Counted from the stretch's first letter, positions 22,275 to 32,872 are shown. The stretch is DNA of 64,000 nucleotides from Candidatus Levybacteria bacterium GW2011_GWA1_37_16 (GCA_943357985.1 CALRGR010000003.1:6496-70495); one strand, 5' to 3'. Notes: generated by a model not told the origin, from the letters alone. Numbers and translations are program-made.

Positions 22275-23085
22275 ACCTCCTTAAAAAGTAATCTCCAATG
22301 CCGATTAGCTCATGCTTTTTATTCCTCGCTTGATAAATTGTTTTTGGAAGCCTAATTAATTCTCTAATCTTTATTGATAAAGGCGCAAATCTTTCAACAA
22401 ACAACATATGATTTCGTGCCATGTAGTATTGCATAGCAGGAGAGTTTTTCCCAACGGAAGATGAAGCCTTATGAATTATAGAAATATTCTTGTCGGTTGC
22501 AAGTTTAAAACCTGATTTCTTCGCTCTCTGGCAAAAATCTACATCTTCATAGTAGAGAAAATAGTCTTCTTTCAAAAATCCAATCTTATCGAAGACTTCC
22601 TTTTTTATAAAAATTGCTGTCCCAGATATGTAATCTAGTTCTGAATTTAATTTATGCTTTAGTATTGAGGAGTACCTTTTTTTATCCAATAACCCTCCAA
22701 CAGACCAAATTTTTCCGTTTTCATCAAAAATTTTAGGACCAATAATTGAATATCCATCAAGCAGTAATCTTGTGCTCTTGTTGAAGCTTTTCAGAAAAGT
22801 TTTGGGGACAACAGTATCGGGATTAAGCAGTAAAATTACATCTGCCCGAGAATTTAGTGCATGCTTTATCCCAATATTATTTCCCGCAGAAAATCCGAGG
22901 TTTTTTTTATTTTCTATGAGTCTCGCAAATTGGAATTTCTTAACCTGTAGTAGCGTCTTATCAGTTGACCCGTTATCCACAACAATAACTTTAAACCCAG
23001 ATTGTAACGAAAGAAGAGAATTAAGAAGGGCCGTAATAGTTTTTTCATTATTAAAAGTTAAAATTATTATATAAATTTTAAGCAC
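22249..23085 (-). CDS. Glycosyltransferase family 2
   Basis: GT-A motifs VVDNGSTD, LLLNPDT and YYEDVDFCQRA. Confidence 0.75.
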   Translation of the reverse strand: MLKIYIIILTFNNEKTITALLNSLLSLQSGFKVIVVDNGSTDKTLLQVKKFQFARLIENKKNLGFSAGNNIGIKHALNSRADVILLLNPDTVVPKTFLKSFNKSTRLLLDGYSIIGPKIFDENGKIWSVGGLLDKKRYSSILKHKLNSELDYISGTAIFIKKEVFDKIGFLKEDYFLYYEDVDFCQRAKKSGFKLATDKNISIIHKASSSVGKNSPAMQYYMARNHMLFVERFAPLSIKIRELIRLPKTIYQARNKKHELIGIGDYFLRRFGKSAYWG

Positions 23086-24328
23086 TCTTACTTCTCCTAT
23101 GATTTTGCATTAAAATTGCTAGAACAAGTAAAGAGAAAAGGAAAAATTCTGTAAGAACGGTAATGAAGCTTGAAGCAAGATATCCATATTGTGGAACATA
23201 AATTATGTTTAAAATAAAGTTTAATATTAAACCCAAAATGAGAATTATAATAATAGGAAGCATATTCCTTTTTACAAGAAATCTATAATATAGAAGATTG
23301 TTGATAAAAAGAAAAGGTATAGCAAAAACTAGAATTCTAAGAGCCGTTACGCTCTGAGAGAATCCATTTCCACCAAAAACATTTATTATGAAGGGAGCAA
23401 AAACATATGAAATTGACATTATTAAAAGAGAAAGTATAAGCGAAATAAAGAAAGAATGTCTAAATAATTTATTCAACTTATCATTCTCATTGCCTGCTTG
23501 AAATTTTGAGAGTAAGGGAAACACACTTGCCATATAAAATCCCCAAACTACAATAACGTTCTCAAGGGTCTTATATGCCAGGCTATATATCCCTACCTCT
23601 CCTGCGTTTTTAAGAACTGAAAGTATTATGGTATCCAATTTAAAATATGCCAGAGAAAAAAAAGTTGTAAAACCAATTGGAAGACTCAGTAAGAATATTC
23701 TTTTCGCCAAGGATTTATCAAAATTGAAATTAAAACTTATACTTTTCTTCAGCAAGATTACCGTAACTACAAGTCCCACTAAGTTTCCAAGCAAAACCGT
23801 TGAAACTATGCTGTAAAAACTAAATTTAAGAGCTATGAATAAAATTATAAGAGAGACTGTTACAACCTTTGTAATAACGTCAACAAGTGTTATAAAATCA
23901 AGTCTGATGTTGGACTGAAAAATTGCGCTTCCGAAACCCGTTATCCCGGATATACCAACAGCAACTCCTCCAATGAGTATTGCCGTTTTTAACATTGATG
24001 AATATGGAAAAAACAGTAAAAAAATGAATGCCAGTAACGTTGATAATAGAATTAAAATAATCTTTAACCAAAAATAAGTTCCATAAAACTTTTCGGCGTT
24101 TTCATTTTTACCTGCAAGCTCTCTAACCATTGTGAGCTGAAGTCCAAAATCTGCAATTACTGCAAAAAATGATATATATGCAAATACCAAGGTAAAATTA
24201 CCGTAGCCAGAAGCACCCAAGTAGCGAGTCAGAAAGCCAATTGTTACTATGCTCAGAAGAATAGATAGTACTTTTCCTACAAGTTGTATCGATGTATTAT
24301 AGCCAATTTTTATAAAAACTTTATCCAT
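23078..24328 (-). CDS. wzx: Polysaccharide flippase Wzx (MOP/MATE-like polysaccharide biosynthesis protein)
   Basis: Twelve or more TM helices with typical Wzx organisation. Start set at MDKVFIKIGY because the longer listed ORF would overlap the tRNA-Val gene. Confidence 0.65.
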   Translation of the reverse strand: MDKVFIKIGYNTSIQLVGKVLSILLSIVTIGFLTRYLGASGYGNFTLVFAYISFFAVIADFGLQLTMVRELAGKNENAEKFYGTYFWLKIILILLSTLLAFIFLLFFPYSSMLKTAILIGGVAVGISGITGFGSAIFQSNIRLDFITLVDVITKVVTVSLIILFIALKFSFYSIVSTVLLGNLVGLVVTVILLKKSISFNFNFDKSLAKRIFLLSLPIGFTTFFSLAYFKLDTIILSVLKNAGEVGIYSLAYKTLENVIVVWGFYMASVFPLLSKFQAGNENDKLNKLFRHSFFISLILSLLIMSISYVFAPFIINVFGGNGFSQSVTALRILVFAIPFLFINNLLYYRFLVKRNMLPIIIILILGLILNFILNIIYVPQYGYLASSFITVLTEFFLFSLLVLAILMQNHRRSKSA

Positions 24329-24386
24329 TGTTGTGGATCCGAAAAAATTCGAACCTTCGACATCTGAAACCTCCCCGCCACGCTTG

Positions 24387-24458
24387 TGCACGCATCTGGA
24401 TTTGAACCAGAGACTTCTTCGATGTGAACGAAGCGCTCTACCACTGAGCTATGCGTGC
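24387..24458 (-). tRNA. tRNA-Val (anticodon CAC)
   Basis: Reverse complement folds as a cloverleaf. Acceptor GCACGCA/TGCGTGC, D-arm GCTCAGTGGTAGAGC, anticodon stem CTTCG/CGAAG with loop TTCACAT, T-arm TCTGGTTCAAATCCAGA, discriminator A. Confidence 0.85.
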
Positions 24459-24461
24459 TTT

Positions 24462-24507
24462 GGCAGGCGGGTGTGAATACAGCGCTCTACCACTGAGCTA
24501 CGAGTCC
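24462..24507 (-). pseudogene. tRNA-like 5'-half fragment (acceptor 5' strand, D-arm and part of the anticodon arm; no T-arm or 3' acceptor strand)
   Basis: Minus strand reads GGACTCGTAGCTCAGTGGTAGAGCGCTGTATTCACACCCGCCTGCC. The 20-nt D-arm block is identical to that of the adjacent tRNA-Val, and the fragment ends 3 nt before that tRNA. Confidence 0.4.
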
Positions 24508-24580
24508 AAAATTGCTAAATTATCTTAGCATAAAATAGCCTCATTGACAAAAGAACTCCAATGTCCGACAATTTAAAGAT

Positions 24581-25150
24581 ATGTTTATTATCGCGGCACG
24601 TAAAATATTCCATCTTCTTTTAGATATTGCAGAAACGCTTGTTCTTTCAATAGTATTTTTTATATTCATTTGGTTTTTCTTTTTCCGTCCGTTTCAAGTC
24701 AACGGCCTTTCAATGTTTCCAACATTTAAAGATAAAGAATATGTACTAACTAATATAATCGGGCTTCATTTTTCAGATCCCAAGCTTGGTGATATTGTAG
24801 TTTTTAAATCTCCAACAAATAATGAAGAAGATTTTATAAAAAGAGTGGTAGCACTTCCCAGAGACAGAATTATGATTAAAAACGGTTCCGTGTATTTAAA
24901 CGGCAAGATACTGGACGAAAGCGCATATCTTAAACCGGACGTCAAAACTTACGGAGGATCATTTCTTAGAGAAGCTTCAGAAATTACAGTCCCACAAGAT
25001 CAATATTTTGCAATGGGAGACAACAGACCATATAGTTCCGATTCAAGAGAATGGGGATTTGTTCCTAAAGACTTTATAATCGGGGGCTCTTTCTTTGCCT
25101 ATTGGCCTATAGAGGATATGCGGACAATTAAAAATCCTTACAGCCGCTAG
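24581..25150 (+). CDS. lepB: Signal peptidase I
   Basis: Catalytic Ser in GLSMFPTF, Lys in the KRVVALPRD region, and the C-terminal GDNRPYSSDSREWGFV box. Confidence 0.85.
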   Translation: MFIIAARKIFHLLLDIAETLVLSIVFFIFIWFFFFRPFQVNGLSMFPTFKDKEYVLTNIIGLHFSDPKLGDIVVFKSPTNNEEDFIKRVVALPRDRIMIKNGSVYLNGKILDESAYLKPDVKTYGGSFLREASEITVPQDQYFAMGDNRPYSSDSREWGFVPKDFIIGGSFFAYWPIEDMRTIKNPYSR

Positions 25151-25971
25151 GACTGGCTTAAAATGTCTGATATTTGTTTTAGCTTTGGTGTAGTTTGCTC
25201 TTGATCTCCCTTTATTACTAAAACAATTCTTGCAAGACTTCTTGACTGGAAAACATTAACTTTATCAAATCCCTGCTTCTGCTTAATTTTTTCTGCCATC
25301 TCATCGAGTTCTGGAATATAAAGTTTATCACTTATACTTCTTGGTTCTTTTTTCTCAACTTCAGATTTTACCTGTCTTGCCATTTCTTCTGTTTGACGTA
25401 CCGTGCTATTTTCTTTAAGGATTTTCTTAAATAAATCAAGCATTAGCTTTGGATCACTCAAGGATATAAGAGGCCTTACGTGCCCTTCCGTAATAACTCC
25501 TGCAACCAAAGCATCTTTTATAGCATCCGGCAATGACAAAAGTCTCATGGTGTTTGAAACCGTTGGAGCACTTTTTCCAACTCTCTTTGCGACCTCGTTT
25601 GTTCCAAGCCCAAATTCATCAATGAGTCTTTTATAAGCCTGCGCTCTTTCAATTGGATTTAAGTCTTCTCTCTGAACGTTTTCAACAATAGACATTTCAA
25701 GCATTCCCTGTGGGGTTGTTTCTTTTATAACAACTGGCACTTTCTCAAGACCCAAGGCTCTTGCAGCTCTCCAACGTCTCTCGCCTGCAATAATTTGATA
25801 ACCTGCTGGGGTCTTAGCAACAACTAATGGTTCCAAAATTCCCTGCTCTCTTATAGATTCAATTAAGTCGGCAAGTGAAGCGGAAACAATAATACCTCTT
25901 GGCTGAAGAGGATTTGCCTGAAGTACGTTTATATCCAATTCAAAAATTCTGGTTTCGGTTTGATTATCCAT
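25147..25971 (-). CDS. parB: Chromosome partitioning protein ParB/Spo0J
   Basis: ParB box [13 protein letters not shown], an HTH region, and N-terminal LQANPLQPR. Confidence 0.8.
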   Translation of the reverse strand: MDNQTETRIFELDINVLQANPLQPRGIIVSASLADLIESIREQGILEPLVVAKTPAGYQIIAGERRWRAARALGLEKVPVVIKETTPQGMLEMSIVENVQREDLNPIERAQAYKRLIDEFGLGTNEVAKRVGKSAPTVSNTMRLLSLPDAIKDALVAGVITEGHVRPLISLSDPKLMLDLFKKILKENSTVRQTEEMARQVKSEVEKKEPRSISDKLYIPELDEMAEKIKQKQGFDKVNVFQSRSLARIVLVIKGDQEQTTPKLKQISDILSQS

Positions 25972-26215
25972 TGATTATTTCCACCCAATTTTTTCCTCTA
26001 AGTTTTTTAAAATTAACTATTCCCTCTAGTACTGCAAATAGTGTGTAATCATTTCCAATAGATACACCTTTTCCTGCAAAAAACTTTGTTCCTTTTTGCC
26101 TAACGATTATATTTCCCGGCTTTACTTTTTCTCCGCCATAAAGCTTAACGCCTAAGCGCTTTGAAATAGAATCTCTGTTGCCTCTTACGGCTCCTTGTGC
26201 TTTTGTATGTGCCAT
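25964..26215 (-). CDS. rpmA: 50S ribosomal protein L27
   Basis: N-terminus [16 protein letters not shown] and typical L27 sequence. Confidence 0.9.
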   Translation of the reverse strand: MAHTKAQGAVRGNRDSISKRLGVKLYGGEKVKPGNIIVRQKGTKFFAGKGVSIGNDYTLFAVLEGIVNFKKLRGKNWVEIING

Positions 26216-26304
26216 ATAAATTTATAAAGTAAGTCCCTGTGAAAAGCTTCTGTATTTTACAAAAATATTTTCACGCAGTCAAGATATCAAAGTAAACTAG
26301 ATGC

Positions 26305-26679
26305 TTATTTCTTTGTAGATTTCTTTTCTACTACTTTCTTCTTTTTTAAAGCTGCACTTTTTATACCACTATCAATACTTTCTATTGCCACCTTCGTAAG
26401 AAGAGCTCTAAATCCAATTGTCCTTCTGTATCTTGCTTTAGCCTTAAACTTAGAAACTCTTATTTTTACTCCTTTTTTTTGTTCTAAAATTTTTGCCTTT
26501 ACTTTAACATCAGGAAGCATTGGCTTACCAATTTTAACTTGAGAATCTGAAACCCAAAGTAGTACATTTTCAAAAGTAACCGAGCTTGCAATATCACCTT
26601 CAAGCTTAGCTATTTCTAAAATATCTCCCACGGAAACTCTATATTGTTTTCCACCCGTTTTGATTACTGCGTATTCCAT
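26305..26679 (-). CDS. rplU: 50S ribosomal protein L21 (with a lysine-rich C-terminal extension)
   Basis: Sequence MEYAVIKTGGKQYRV, and position upstream of rpmA. Confidence 0.85.
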   Translation of the reverse strand: MEYAVIKTGGKQYRVSVGDILEIAKLEGDIASSVTFENVLLWVSDSQVKIGKPMLPDVKVKAKILEQKKGVKIRVSKFKAKARYRRTIGFRALLTKVAIESIDSGIKSAALKKKKVVEKKSTKK

Positions 26680-26699
26680 TTTGTCATTATATCAAAACC

Positions 26700-27785
26700 C
26701 TACCTAATTTCCAACACTTTATTATCTTTTCCCTCTTGAGTGTCAATAGCGGATAAAAATCCGAGAAGAATAAAACTTGACAACAGAGAACTGCCTCCAT
26801 AAGAAAGAAAAGGCAGCGTTACTCCTACAATAGGCAAAACGCCAACATTCATCCCAACATTTATAAAAAACTGGACTAGTAATATAAAAAAAGCAGTTAT
26901 GGAAAACACCCTAGGAAAAGTATCGCTGCACCTCGTAAATACTACGAATATTTTATATAAAAGCACTGCAAAAATTATAAGAATTAGAAGTGCTCCCACA
27001 AAGCCTAATTCTTCTGCGGTTGTAGCAAAAATAAAATCAGTATGTCTTTCCGGAAGAAATCTAAGAGCAGATTGAGTTCCTTGCCCTAATCCTTGTCCGA
27101 AAAACATTCCGGACCCAACAGCAATAACGGACTGAATTGCGTTATAAGAAGTACCTAGCGGGTCTGATGTTGGATTAATAAAAGTTAAAAGTCTTTGCTT
27201 TTGATATTCATGCAAAAACCTCCAGACAACTGGTGAAAGCATAAAAAAAAATGCAAGTCCACCCAAAAAATATTTAAAAGGAAAACCAAAAATTACCAGG
27301 GAGAGAATTACTACAAATCCATAAATAAGAGCACTTCCTAAATCCGGCTGAACAAATATAAGAAATGCCAAAGGCAGTAAATACAAGAACACCATAAGAA
27401 AAGTTTTAAATGATTGACTTTTGTGCTCTGAAAGATATGAAGCAAAAGAAATAGCCAAAAATGGCTTCATAAATTCTGAGAATTGAATTCTTAAGCCAAA
27501 AAATTCAAACCATCTTACCGCACCTCTGCTTTCTATCCCAATAAAAAGAAGAATCAAGAGAATAACAATTGAAGCAATATAGATGGGAGTAGAATATAAT
27601 TTTAAAATTTTATAATTAACATTTGAACAGATTAAAAATACAACAAGAGATACAAAAGCAAAAATTAATTGGCGCCAAAAAAGAACAGAACTCACAGAAA
27701 AAATAACCGTGAGGCTTAGTACTAAAAGCGCAAGTGCAGGAACCAAAAGTGAAAAATTTATATGGGACAGAATTCCTCTATTCAT
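26700..27785 (-). CDS. SEDS-family peptidoglycan glycosyltransferase (FtsW/RodA/SpoVE)
   Basis: Ten TM helices, the conserved SEDS loop and the C-terminal PFLSYGGSS motif. Confidence 0.75.
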   Translation of the reverse strand: MNRGILSHINFSLLVPALALLVLSLTVIFSVSSVLFWRQLIFAFVSLVVFLICSNVNYKILKLYSTPIYIASIVILLILLFIGIESRGAVRWFEFFGLRIQFSEFMKPFLAISFASYLSEHKSQSFKTFLMVFLYLLPLAFLIFVQPDLGSALIYGFVVILSLVIFGFPFKYFLGGLAFFFMLSPVVWRFLHEYQKQRLLTFINPTSDPLGTSYNAIQSVIAVGSGMFFGQGLGQGTQSALRFLPERHTDFIFATTAEELGFVGALLILIIFAVLLYKIFVVFTRCSDTFPRVFSITAFFILLVQFFINVGMNVGVLPIVGVTLPFLSYGGSSLLSSFILLGFLSAIDTQEGKDNKVLEIR

Positions 27786-30634
27786 TTGGCAAGAATTACT
27801 TTAAATTCCCCTTTTGAAATAGAATTAACTAATGCTTTGTTTTTAATTTCTTTTTCAAACTCTTCCGGCCAACTTTCTATGGAAACATTCACTTTGTCAT
27901 CTAATTTTGTTCCCAGAACTTTTCTCTCTTCTTGAATCTTCCTTACAATATCCCTAAACTCTCCCTCCGCTTTAAGCTCCGGTGTAATTTCTGTTACAAG
28001 CTTAACATCAAAAGTTCCACGGTCAACTTGGATATCTTTCACATTAACCTCATCTTTTATTAGCTGCTTAACTTCTTCAGACAAAGGCTGATTTGGTTCG
28101 ACTCTAACAATCAACAAGCTTAATGGCTGTCTTACTTTTATATTGTTTAGTTTTCGGACCGCGTGCCCTGCTTCAACAATTTTACGAGCATAATCCATCT
28201 CTTTTTCCAACTCCGGATTAAGCAAGCTTGAGTCCCCTTTTGGATAGTCTTCTAAGTGAACAGATTCTCCTTCTACCAAATTTCTATAAATTTCCTCCGC
28301 TATAAAAGGTGTAAACGGAGCCAAAAGCTTTGATAGCGTAACCAGAACTCCATACATTACAGACAAAGATGCATTTCTTTCATTCTCTTCCGAAGTGGAC
28401 CCTACTCTATCTCTTGATCTTCTTACATACCACATTGAAAAATCATTAACCACAAAATCCTCAATCTCCTTAAGAGCGCTCATTGCATCAAAGTCGTCCA
28501 AGCTCTTGTTTACGGAAAGTACAACATTTGTTAGCCTACTTAAGACCCACTTGTCAAGCACCGACAATTCCTTAGCCTGTATTTTACAATCCCAATTGGC
28601 GTTATTTGCGTATCCCACAAAAAAGCTATAGCTATTCCAAAGTCTTATATGGAAAAACCTTCTTACTTCATCGGCAACGTGATAACCAAAATTTACATTG
28701 TGTTCCGGGTTAGTTTTAAGATACAGCCATCTCATTACGTCTACGCCTATTTTATCCGCTGCTTCGTTAAATTCAACCGAATTTCCTTTGCTTTTGTGCA
28801 TCTCCTCTCCCTTTTCGTCCCTGACCGATCCAAAACCCAAAACTCTTTTGAAAGACGGCTTTCCTTCTAATGCTGCACTCATTGCAATTAAAGAATAGAA
28901 CCAGTTCTTAAATTGTCCCGGAAATGATTCCGTTATAAAATCTGCCGGTCTCCAATCCTCGGGCATTGTAGAATAAGGAACAATCCCTGCATCTAGCCAT
29001 GGATTTCCAACGTCCGGAATTCTGGACACCACTTCTCCGCATTTTTCACATTTAATCTTTATAGAGTCAATCCAAGGCCTGTGAGGACTATTTCCATTAA
29101 ATTCTTCCCATCCGGAAACTGCTTTTTCCCTTAACTGTTCTTCTCCGCCAATAACCTCAAAGTTTTTACAATTTTCGCAATACCAGATTGGAAGAGCCAA
29201 GCCCCAGTATCTTTTTTTGGAAATTAGCCAATCGTGCATGTTTTTAAGCCAGTCAAGCTCTCTTTCAAGCCCCCAGGCGGGCATCCACGTAATTTGCTTG
29301 GTAACTTCAACCATTTGCTCTCTGTAGGTCTTGCCCGAGCTGTCTTTTCTATCCATGGCTATATACCATTCATCAACAAGCCTCCATACAAGTTCCGTTT
29401 TGCATCTCCAACATGTTGGGTATCTGTGCGTAATTCTTTGCGTTGCGTAGAAATATTTTCCGTTTTCGAAAGACTTAAGATAGTCAATTATAAGCTCCGG
29501 ATGTTTTTTGGCATTTGCACCTGCAAATTCGCCCATTTCCGCAACGTAGGATGCGTCTTCTTCAATTGAGGGAATAACGGGCAGCTTATTTTCCTTACCT
29601 AGCTTAAAATCTTCTTCTCCTGCGCTTGGCGCAACATGCAAAAGTCCCGTTCCCTCCTCTATAGTTACTACGTCTCCGCCATCAATGATTCGATGTTTGT
29701 AACCCTCCAACGCTTCCTTAACAAGAGGCAAGCTATCAAAAGCCGCATCATACTCCCAACCAATTAAATCTTTTCCGATTTTTGTTTCAAGAGGTTCATT
29801 TTTTATATTCTCAAGAGAAGTTGCTCGTTTTTCCATCACCCATAGTTTCTCCGAATTTTCACCCGCAACCAAAACATACTTTTCTTTAGGATTTACTGCC
29901 ACGGCTACATTTGAAGGAACCGTCCAGGGAGTCGTGGTCCATACTAACAAAAACTCGTTAGATCGACCTTTTATTGGGAGCTTAAAATAGACTGTCTCAT
30001 GGGTAATTTCCTTATATTCCTCGGTTAAAATCTCGTGCTGGGAAATTGCTGTTCCGCATCTTGGGCACCATGGCACAGTATCGTGTCCCTTATAAAGCCA
30101 CCCTTTTTCATTTACCACTTTTAAGAAATTCCAAATGGCATAGTTATTTTCAGGGGAAGATGTATGATAGGAGTTATCCCAATCCATGAAATATCCCAGC
30201 CTCTTGGATTGCTCTGTTTGAACCTGAGAAAACTTTTTAACCCTCTCCTTGCAAAGATTTATGAATTTTTCAATACTTTTAAATTTGTCGCCCGAGACAA
30301 GATTTTCAATATCTTTCTTATTATGAAGCTGAAGCTCTTTTTCCACTTCCACTTCTACCCAAAGACCCTGCTCGTCAAAGCCATTCTGAAACCTCTGCTT
30401 TTTTCCCTTCATATTCCAGAATCTTTGCCAGAAATCTTTATAAGTTCTTCCCCATGCATGATGAACTCCCATTGGATTATTTGCGGTTATTGGACCATCA
30501 AGGAAGCTAAATTTTTCTTCCGAACTGTCATTTCTATGTAAATATTTTTTGACAATTCCGTCTTTGTACCACTTGTAAAGTAAATCTCTTTCCATTTGCG
30601 GAAAATCTACTTGAGGAGAAACGGGTTTAAACAT
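27782..30634 (-). CDS. ileS: Class Ia aminoacyl-tRNA synthetase with editing domain, most consistent with isoleucyl-tRNA synthetase (type 2-like)
   Basis: HIGH-region GPITANNPMGVHHAWG, KMSKS-like KSKGN, zinc knuckles (WCPRCGT, CENCKNF), and a C-terminal ELKAEGEFRDIVRKIQEERK segment typical of the IleS C-terminus. Confidence 0.6.
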   Translation of the reverse strand: MFKPVSPQVDFPQMERDLLYKWYKDGIVKKYLHRNDSSEEKFSFLDGPITANNPMGVHHAWGRTYKDFWQRFWNMKGKKQRFQNGFDEQGLWVEVEVEKELQLHNKKDIENLVSGDKFKSIEKFINLCKERVKKFSQVQTEQSKRLGYFMDWDNSYHTSSPENNYAIWNFLKVVNEKGWLYKGHDTVPWCPRCGTAISQHEILTEEYKEITHETVYFKLPIKGRSNEFLLVWTTTPWTVPSNVAVAVNPKEKYVLVAGENSEKLWVMEKRATSLENIKNEPLETKIGKDLIGWEYDAAFDSLPLVKEALEGYKHRIIDGGDVVTIEEGTGLLHVAPSAGEEDFKLGKENKLPVIPSIEEDASYVAEMGEFAGANAKKHPELIIDYLKSFENGKYFYATQRITHRYPTCWRCKTELVWRLVDEWYIAMDRKDSSGKTYREQMVEVTKQITWMPAWGLERELDWLKNMHDWLISKKRYWGLALPIWYCENCKNFEVIGGEEQLREKAVSGWEEFNGNSPHRPWIDSIKIKCEKCGEVVSRIPDVGNPWLDAGIVPYSTMPEDWRPADFITESFPGQFKNWFYSLIAMSAALEGKPSFKRVLGFGSVRDEKGEEMHKSKGNSVEFNEAADKIGVDVMRWLYLKTNPEHNVNFGYHVADEVRRFFHIRLWNSYSFFVGYANNANWDCKIQAKELSVLDKWVLSRLTNVVLSVNKSLDDFDAMSALKEIEDFVVNDFSMWYVRRSRDRVGSTSEENERNASLSVMYGVLVTLSKLLAPFTPFIAEEIYRNLVEGESVHLEDYPKGDSSLLNPELEKEMDYARKIVEAGHAVRKLNNIKVRQPLSLLIVRVEPNQPLSEEVKQLIKDEVNVKDIQVDRGTFDVKLVTEITPELKAEGEFRDIVRKIQEERKVLGTKLDDKVNVSIESWPEEFEKEIKNKALVNSISKGEFKVILAK

Positions 30635-30683
30635 ATTCTCTTATTCTAATTCAATTGAGCCTTATCTTCAAGGATCCTGTGGA

Positions 30684-31406
30684 TTATTCCTTAGGAGGCT
30701 CACCGTAAACCGTTACAAGCGTTCCTGGGTCATTTTTAGATTCGTAGGTAGTATGGCCGTCTGTAGCAGGCTGTGCCCAGGCAAAAAGCACTCCCGCATC
30801 CTCCGACCTCATATTAATACAACCATGACTCATAGTATGACCAAAGTTATTATGCCAATAGGCTCCATGCATGGAATACCCTCTGCTTTTTGACACTTCA
30901 CTGTTAGAGTAAAACATAGTGTATGGAACATTGGGTAAGTTATAGTAGGTGTTCCCAGAACCGCCTTCCATTCGCGTATAGCGCAACTTCACCCAAATCC
31001 TAAAGTCCCCGGTAGGGGTTTCCCCCCATTTTCCGGTTGAAACAGGAAAAGTGTAGACAAGCTTATCTCCTTCATAAGCGCGAAGCGTTTGAGTGGCTAA
31101 ATCAACAAAAATATGTTTTTCGCCCGCTGTTGAACCCAGGACTTTTGATCCTAAACTATCGCCTGCTAAATAAGTGGGAGGTGTTACAACTCTACCTAAA
31201 AACGTACCACTTTTGCCGGCCTCATACTTCCCGGACAAATCTTTTATACAACTTATGGAATTAGCGCACGTGGCAATCGGGTTACCTGCTTTACCAAATA
31301 CCAAGAACACAGCCAAAAGTAGCAATCCAAAAGCAAAAAGAAGAATCTGTAAATTAGACCAAAAACTAAATTTTGAGGCTGTTTTACGACGTTTCTTAAC
31401 TGGCAT
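30684..31406 (-). CDS. L,D-transpeptidase (YkuD domain) with N-terminal membrane anchor
   Basis: Catalytic His/Cys motif SMHGAYWHNNFGHTMSHGCINM. Confidence 0.75.
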   Translation of the reverse strand: MPVKKRRKTASKFSFWSNLQILLFAFGLLLLAVFLVFGKAGNPIATCANSISCIKDLSGKYEAGKSGTFLGRVVTPPTYLAGDSLGSKVLGSTAGEKHIFVDLATQTLRAYEGDKLVYTFPVSTGKWGETPTGDFRIWVKLRYTRMEGGSGNTYYNLPNVPYTMFYSNSEVSKSRGYSMHGAYWHNNFGHTMSHGCINMRSEDAGVLFAWAQPATDGHTTYESKNDPGTLVTVYGEPPKE

Positions 31407-31538
31407 ATATCTATAGTAAGCATTTTGTAGTCATTTGTAAATGCCTAAAACTTCTTTTCTTCAACCTTGACTTTTGCCCTATAGTATGATACACTCTAGG
31501 CCTAGACGGATCTTCGAAAGAAGGTCCGTTTTAAATAT

Positions 31539-32186
31539 ATGAATACGTTGCTCTCATTATTATTTTTGCCTATTATGGGATTTGTTCAGCCTGCGCTTCC
31601 CGCGCAGACACCTGACGCAAAACAGCTTGCTGTACGTGAATTTTCTATGGATAATAGATATGCTGACCCGTTTGTAAATGGTGTTTTTAGAGATAACATT
31701 CTTCTTGTTCTTAAATATTCTGCAGGAGAAAAAATTGATCCAAAAAATATAGACTGGAAAAAAGTCAACGAGCCCTTTAAGTATAACTTAACTCTTAAGC
31801 CGGGGGAGACTTTTGCCTATCATGATGATATTGCACCTGAGTATAAAGGTAAGACTATAAAAACAACTAATGCTCACTTTAACTTATCTCAAGGGTTTAA
31901 ATCTGATGGATGGTTAGCCGGAGACGGTGTGTGCCATTTAGCCTCGCTTATATATTGGGCTGCTCGTGATGCTAAGCTTGACGCTGTTTCAAAGGTAAGG
32001 CACGATTTTGCCTCAATTCCAGAGGTGCCTAGAGAATTTGGTGTATCTATTTATGATAATCCCGGTGCAAACGCAGGAGATCAAGCACAAAACCTTTATG
32101 TTACAAACAACAAAAAAAGGGATATATCTTTTGTTTTTGACTACAACGGAAAAGACTTAAAAATTACTGTTGAAGAAGCTATCTAA
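31539..32186 (+). CDS. VanW-like domain secreted protein
   Basis: Signal peptide plus a GDGVCHLASLIYWAA motif resembling the VanW G-GGVCQ-ST-LY signature. Confidence 0.5.
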   Translation: MNTLLSLLFLPIMGFVQPALPAQTPDAKQLAVREFSMDNRYADPFVNGVFRDNILLVLKYSAGEKIDPKNIDWKKVNEPFKYNLTLKPGETFAYHDDIAPEYKGKTIKTTNAHFNLSQGFKSDGWLAGDGVCHLASLIYWAARDAKLDAVSKVRHDFASIPEVPREFGVSIYDNPGANAGDQAQNLYVTNNKKRDISFVFDYNGKDLKITVEEAI

Positions 32187-32220
32187 CCTGCCTCGCCATC
32201 ACAGAGCTTGAAAGGCGGGC

Positions 32221-32850
32221 CTAACGTTGAACAAGCCTGTAGAAGGCATTACTTCCAAGTTCAAACCAATAAGGTGGTCCACTCGTGCGCACATGCAGAA
32301 GATCCGGTGCATCCCACCCAGTAACATCTTTTAGACTAAACTCCGTCATTTTTAAAGTGTAGTGAGATCTAAAATCAATATATGCTTTCCCATCCACAAA
32401 AACTTTACCTGTGGACTTAAAAACGAGGTAATTATCCACATTTCCGTCATTTTCTGTTATAAACAGATACTTATGATCAGGCGACCAGCTATTTAAAGGT
32501 ACAGACATTTCTCCCGTAGTAAGCGTTTTTGAGTAAATTTCAAACATGCTTGTCTCTGGACCCGTGACAAAGAAAGAATAAGAAGTAATCCCATTCCCTG
32601 CTTTAGTTTTTTGCATAATGATTTTCATACTTCCATCCGGAGAACGGACTTCTTCTCTTTCTGATATGGATACAGCAGGCGTCGGAGTAATATTAATTAC
32701 GGGTTCTTTTGACGCAATAGATTTTTCCAGCACCCCTACTCTTGTACTCGAATAGGTTACATAAGCCGTAATCATTACTCCAACAACTATCAAAATTATC
32801 AAAACTTTTCCCACTAAATCAAGAATAGATATAATTAAGGACCATGTCAA
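32221..32850 (-). CDS. Hypothetical membrane-anchored protein with TolB/beta-propeller-like repeats
   Basis: N-terminal TM helix and SPDGSMKII / SWSPDHKYLFI blade-like motifs. Confidence 0.35.
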   Translation of the reverse strand: MTWSLIISILDLVGKVLIILIVVGVMITAYVTYSSTRVGVLEKSIASKEPVINITPTPAVSISEREEVRSPDGSMKIIMQKTKAGNGITSYSFFVTGPETSMFEIYSKTLTTGEMSVPLNSWSPDHKYLFITENDGNVDNYLVFKSTGKVFVDGKAYIDFRSHYTLKMTEFSLKDVTGWDAPDLLHVRTSGPPYWFELGSNAFYRLVQR

Positions 32851-32872
32851 TATTGTGTTACAATAAATACTC

